From assembly GCF_009914755.1 (NCBI RefSeq), contig NC_060926.1: a stretch of 64,000 nucleotides of DNA; one strand, written 5' to 3'. This DNA comes from the human T2T-CHM13v2.0 reference genome, Homo sapiens. A model generated the notes under the pieces. It saw only the letters and a program-made list of their open reading frames with translations. It was not told the origin of the DNA and did not search any database. A program made the position numbers and the translations under genes. Positions 62,161 to 64,000 of the stretch are shown in pieces. Within the stretch, counting starts at the first letter, position 1; every line of letters begins with the position of its first letter.

Positions 62161-63091
62161 TGATTGTGGAAGAAATGCTCAGAAAAAAAGTAACAAGTAT
62201 TTGGAAACAAAGCAAAGCATAGCACAGAAAAAAGGAGGAGAAGGACGAAGAGGAGAAATTGTAAAATACAGTTGGGACTGTCCTTCTATTTGTGACAACA
62301 AGAGAAAAGAGTCCAGGGATCATAGTGAACCACAAACAAAACTCAAGTCAGCATTGTGGTGTACTTACACCAAAAGGTAAATATATTTGTTGCCATGATG
62401 AGGAGCAGAAATAGAGTGTGTTTTAGAAAGAGCTCTGCACTGGGGTTAGAAACTGCTAGAAGTGACTGCCATGCACTTTGTGTTCATGAGGATCCTGCGG
62501 CTCTGTTGAGGCTCGGTGGGAAAGAGTGCAGGACTGTTCTCTGCCAGAGGCTCCTGGTGTCTATTAGACAAACCTGTAAGTTATCGTGTTTATGTTGCTA
62601 TGAAAAAACTGTGTGACTCTGGATATTTTCCCCAATTTACTTAAGCCTAAGTTTCCCCATATAAAACAAGGAGGGTAGACAAAATGATCTCTAAGGGTTG
62701 ATTCTCTCCAGCTGGCTGGAGGGTGGCTGGAGGGAGGCTGGAAGTGGAAGTCCATCTGATTGCATCAGGTGAGCCAATGCACTAGGATAAGATGGTCACT
62801 GTCACAGCTGGGTTCCAGGGGTAAGTGAGGTTCCCAGAACAAGGGGAAAATCAAGCCAATCCATGTGGAGAAGGCCACTGTCAGGTGCTTGAAAGGCCAA
62901 TAGGAACATGCACCTGGAAGACCAAACCTAGGGTCAAGGTTTGAATCTTAGAGTCAAGAACTCCAACTCAAGGCTGAATTCAGAAGAACAGTCTGGGAAA
63001 AAGCACAAGGCAGAATGTCCAGTAGGGGCAAAATCATGATGGTATCATAGTTTTCTGACTCTCCTTTAAATCCTCTTAATATCCCCCTCTA

Positions 63092-63430
<339 letters not shown>

Positions 63431-64000
63431 AAGGACAGAAAAACTTGTGGACCACATCTTCAATGAAATTAAGTGACAAAATATCCCAGAAGTCATGAAA
63501 TATGGATAAGTCAGCCAAACCATCTGACAACAATTAGACCTTCTAAGACCCATGTGAGATCTGCAGCTCTGGGCAGGGGAGAGTTGGGCCCAATAGCGGA
63601 CCCCAACTTGTGTGGAAACCTCTGCAAGTAGATCTGAGAACCACTGGCAGCATAGGGACATCTCCACAGGTTCCTTTGTGAGTATGAATGCAGAAAGATC
63701 ACAGGACCCACTGAGGGGCAGCAGGGAGATCAGATGGGGGCCAACCCTTTAACACAACCTCCCTTGCAGAAGAAGTAAGATGCACCGTGAGGAAAACCTG
63801 CTACTTGTAAACCCAAATGGAGCTGAGTAAGAACTGGGGCATCAGTTCTGAAACATGGGAGGATCAGAGGAGCCCAACTGCAGAGAGAGGCCATTTTCTA
63901 TTACCTCCTGGTAACAACAGAGTAAGAAGCCTTTGAGTTGTACAGCGAGGAAAACTACCCTGGCCCATCCACACCCTGAACTTTGGAATTTGTTCCTAAA

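Overview
Primate (human-like) genomic DNA. The left half holds the 5' part of LONRF2 (TPR/RING/LON-peptidase-N-terminal-domain E3 ligase) on the minus strand. Coding exons 1-9 were reconstructed by hand with GT-AG boundaries and consistent phases (1757 nt, about 585 codons); the remaining exons lie left of the window. A CpG-island promoter sits at about 30.0-31.6 kb. The right half is intergenic and rich in transposon fossils: many Alus, old L1s, a near-complete decayed hAT/Charlie transposase, solo LTRs (MER9, MST, ERV1) and a two-LTR THE1 provirus with a nested ERV1 LTR. The structures least explained by this annotation are a ~240-bp, ~94% identical inverted repeat in intron 9, a 103-bp near-perfect hairpin at 47.56 kb, a candidate 30-nt poison micro-exon in intron 7, a recursive-splice-like start to exon 4, and a TSD-flanked 36-nt U2 snRNA retrocopy. 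Repeat subfamily names come from recall of consensus sequences and their boundaries are approximate unless a TSD is given. No prokaryotic-type system is present.
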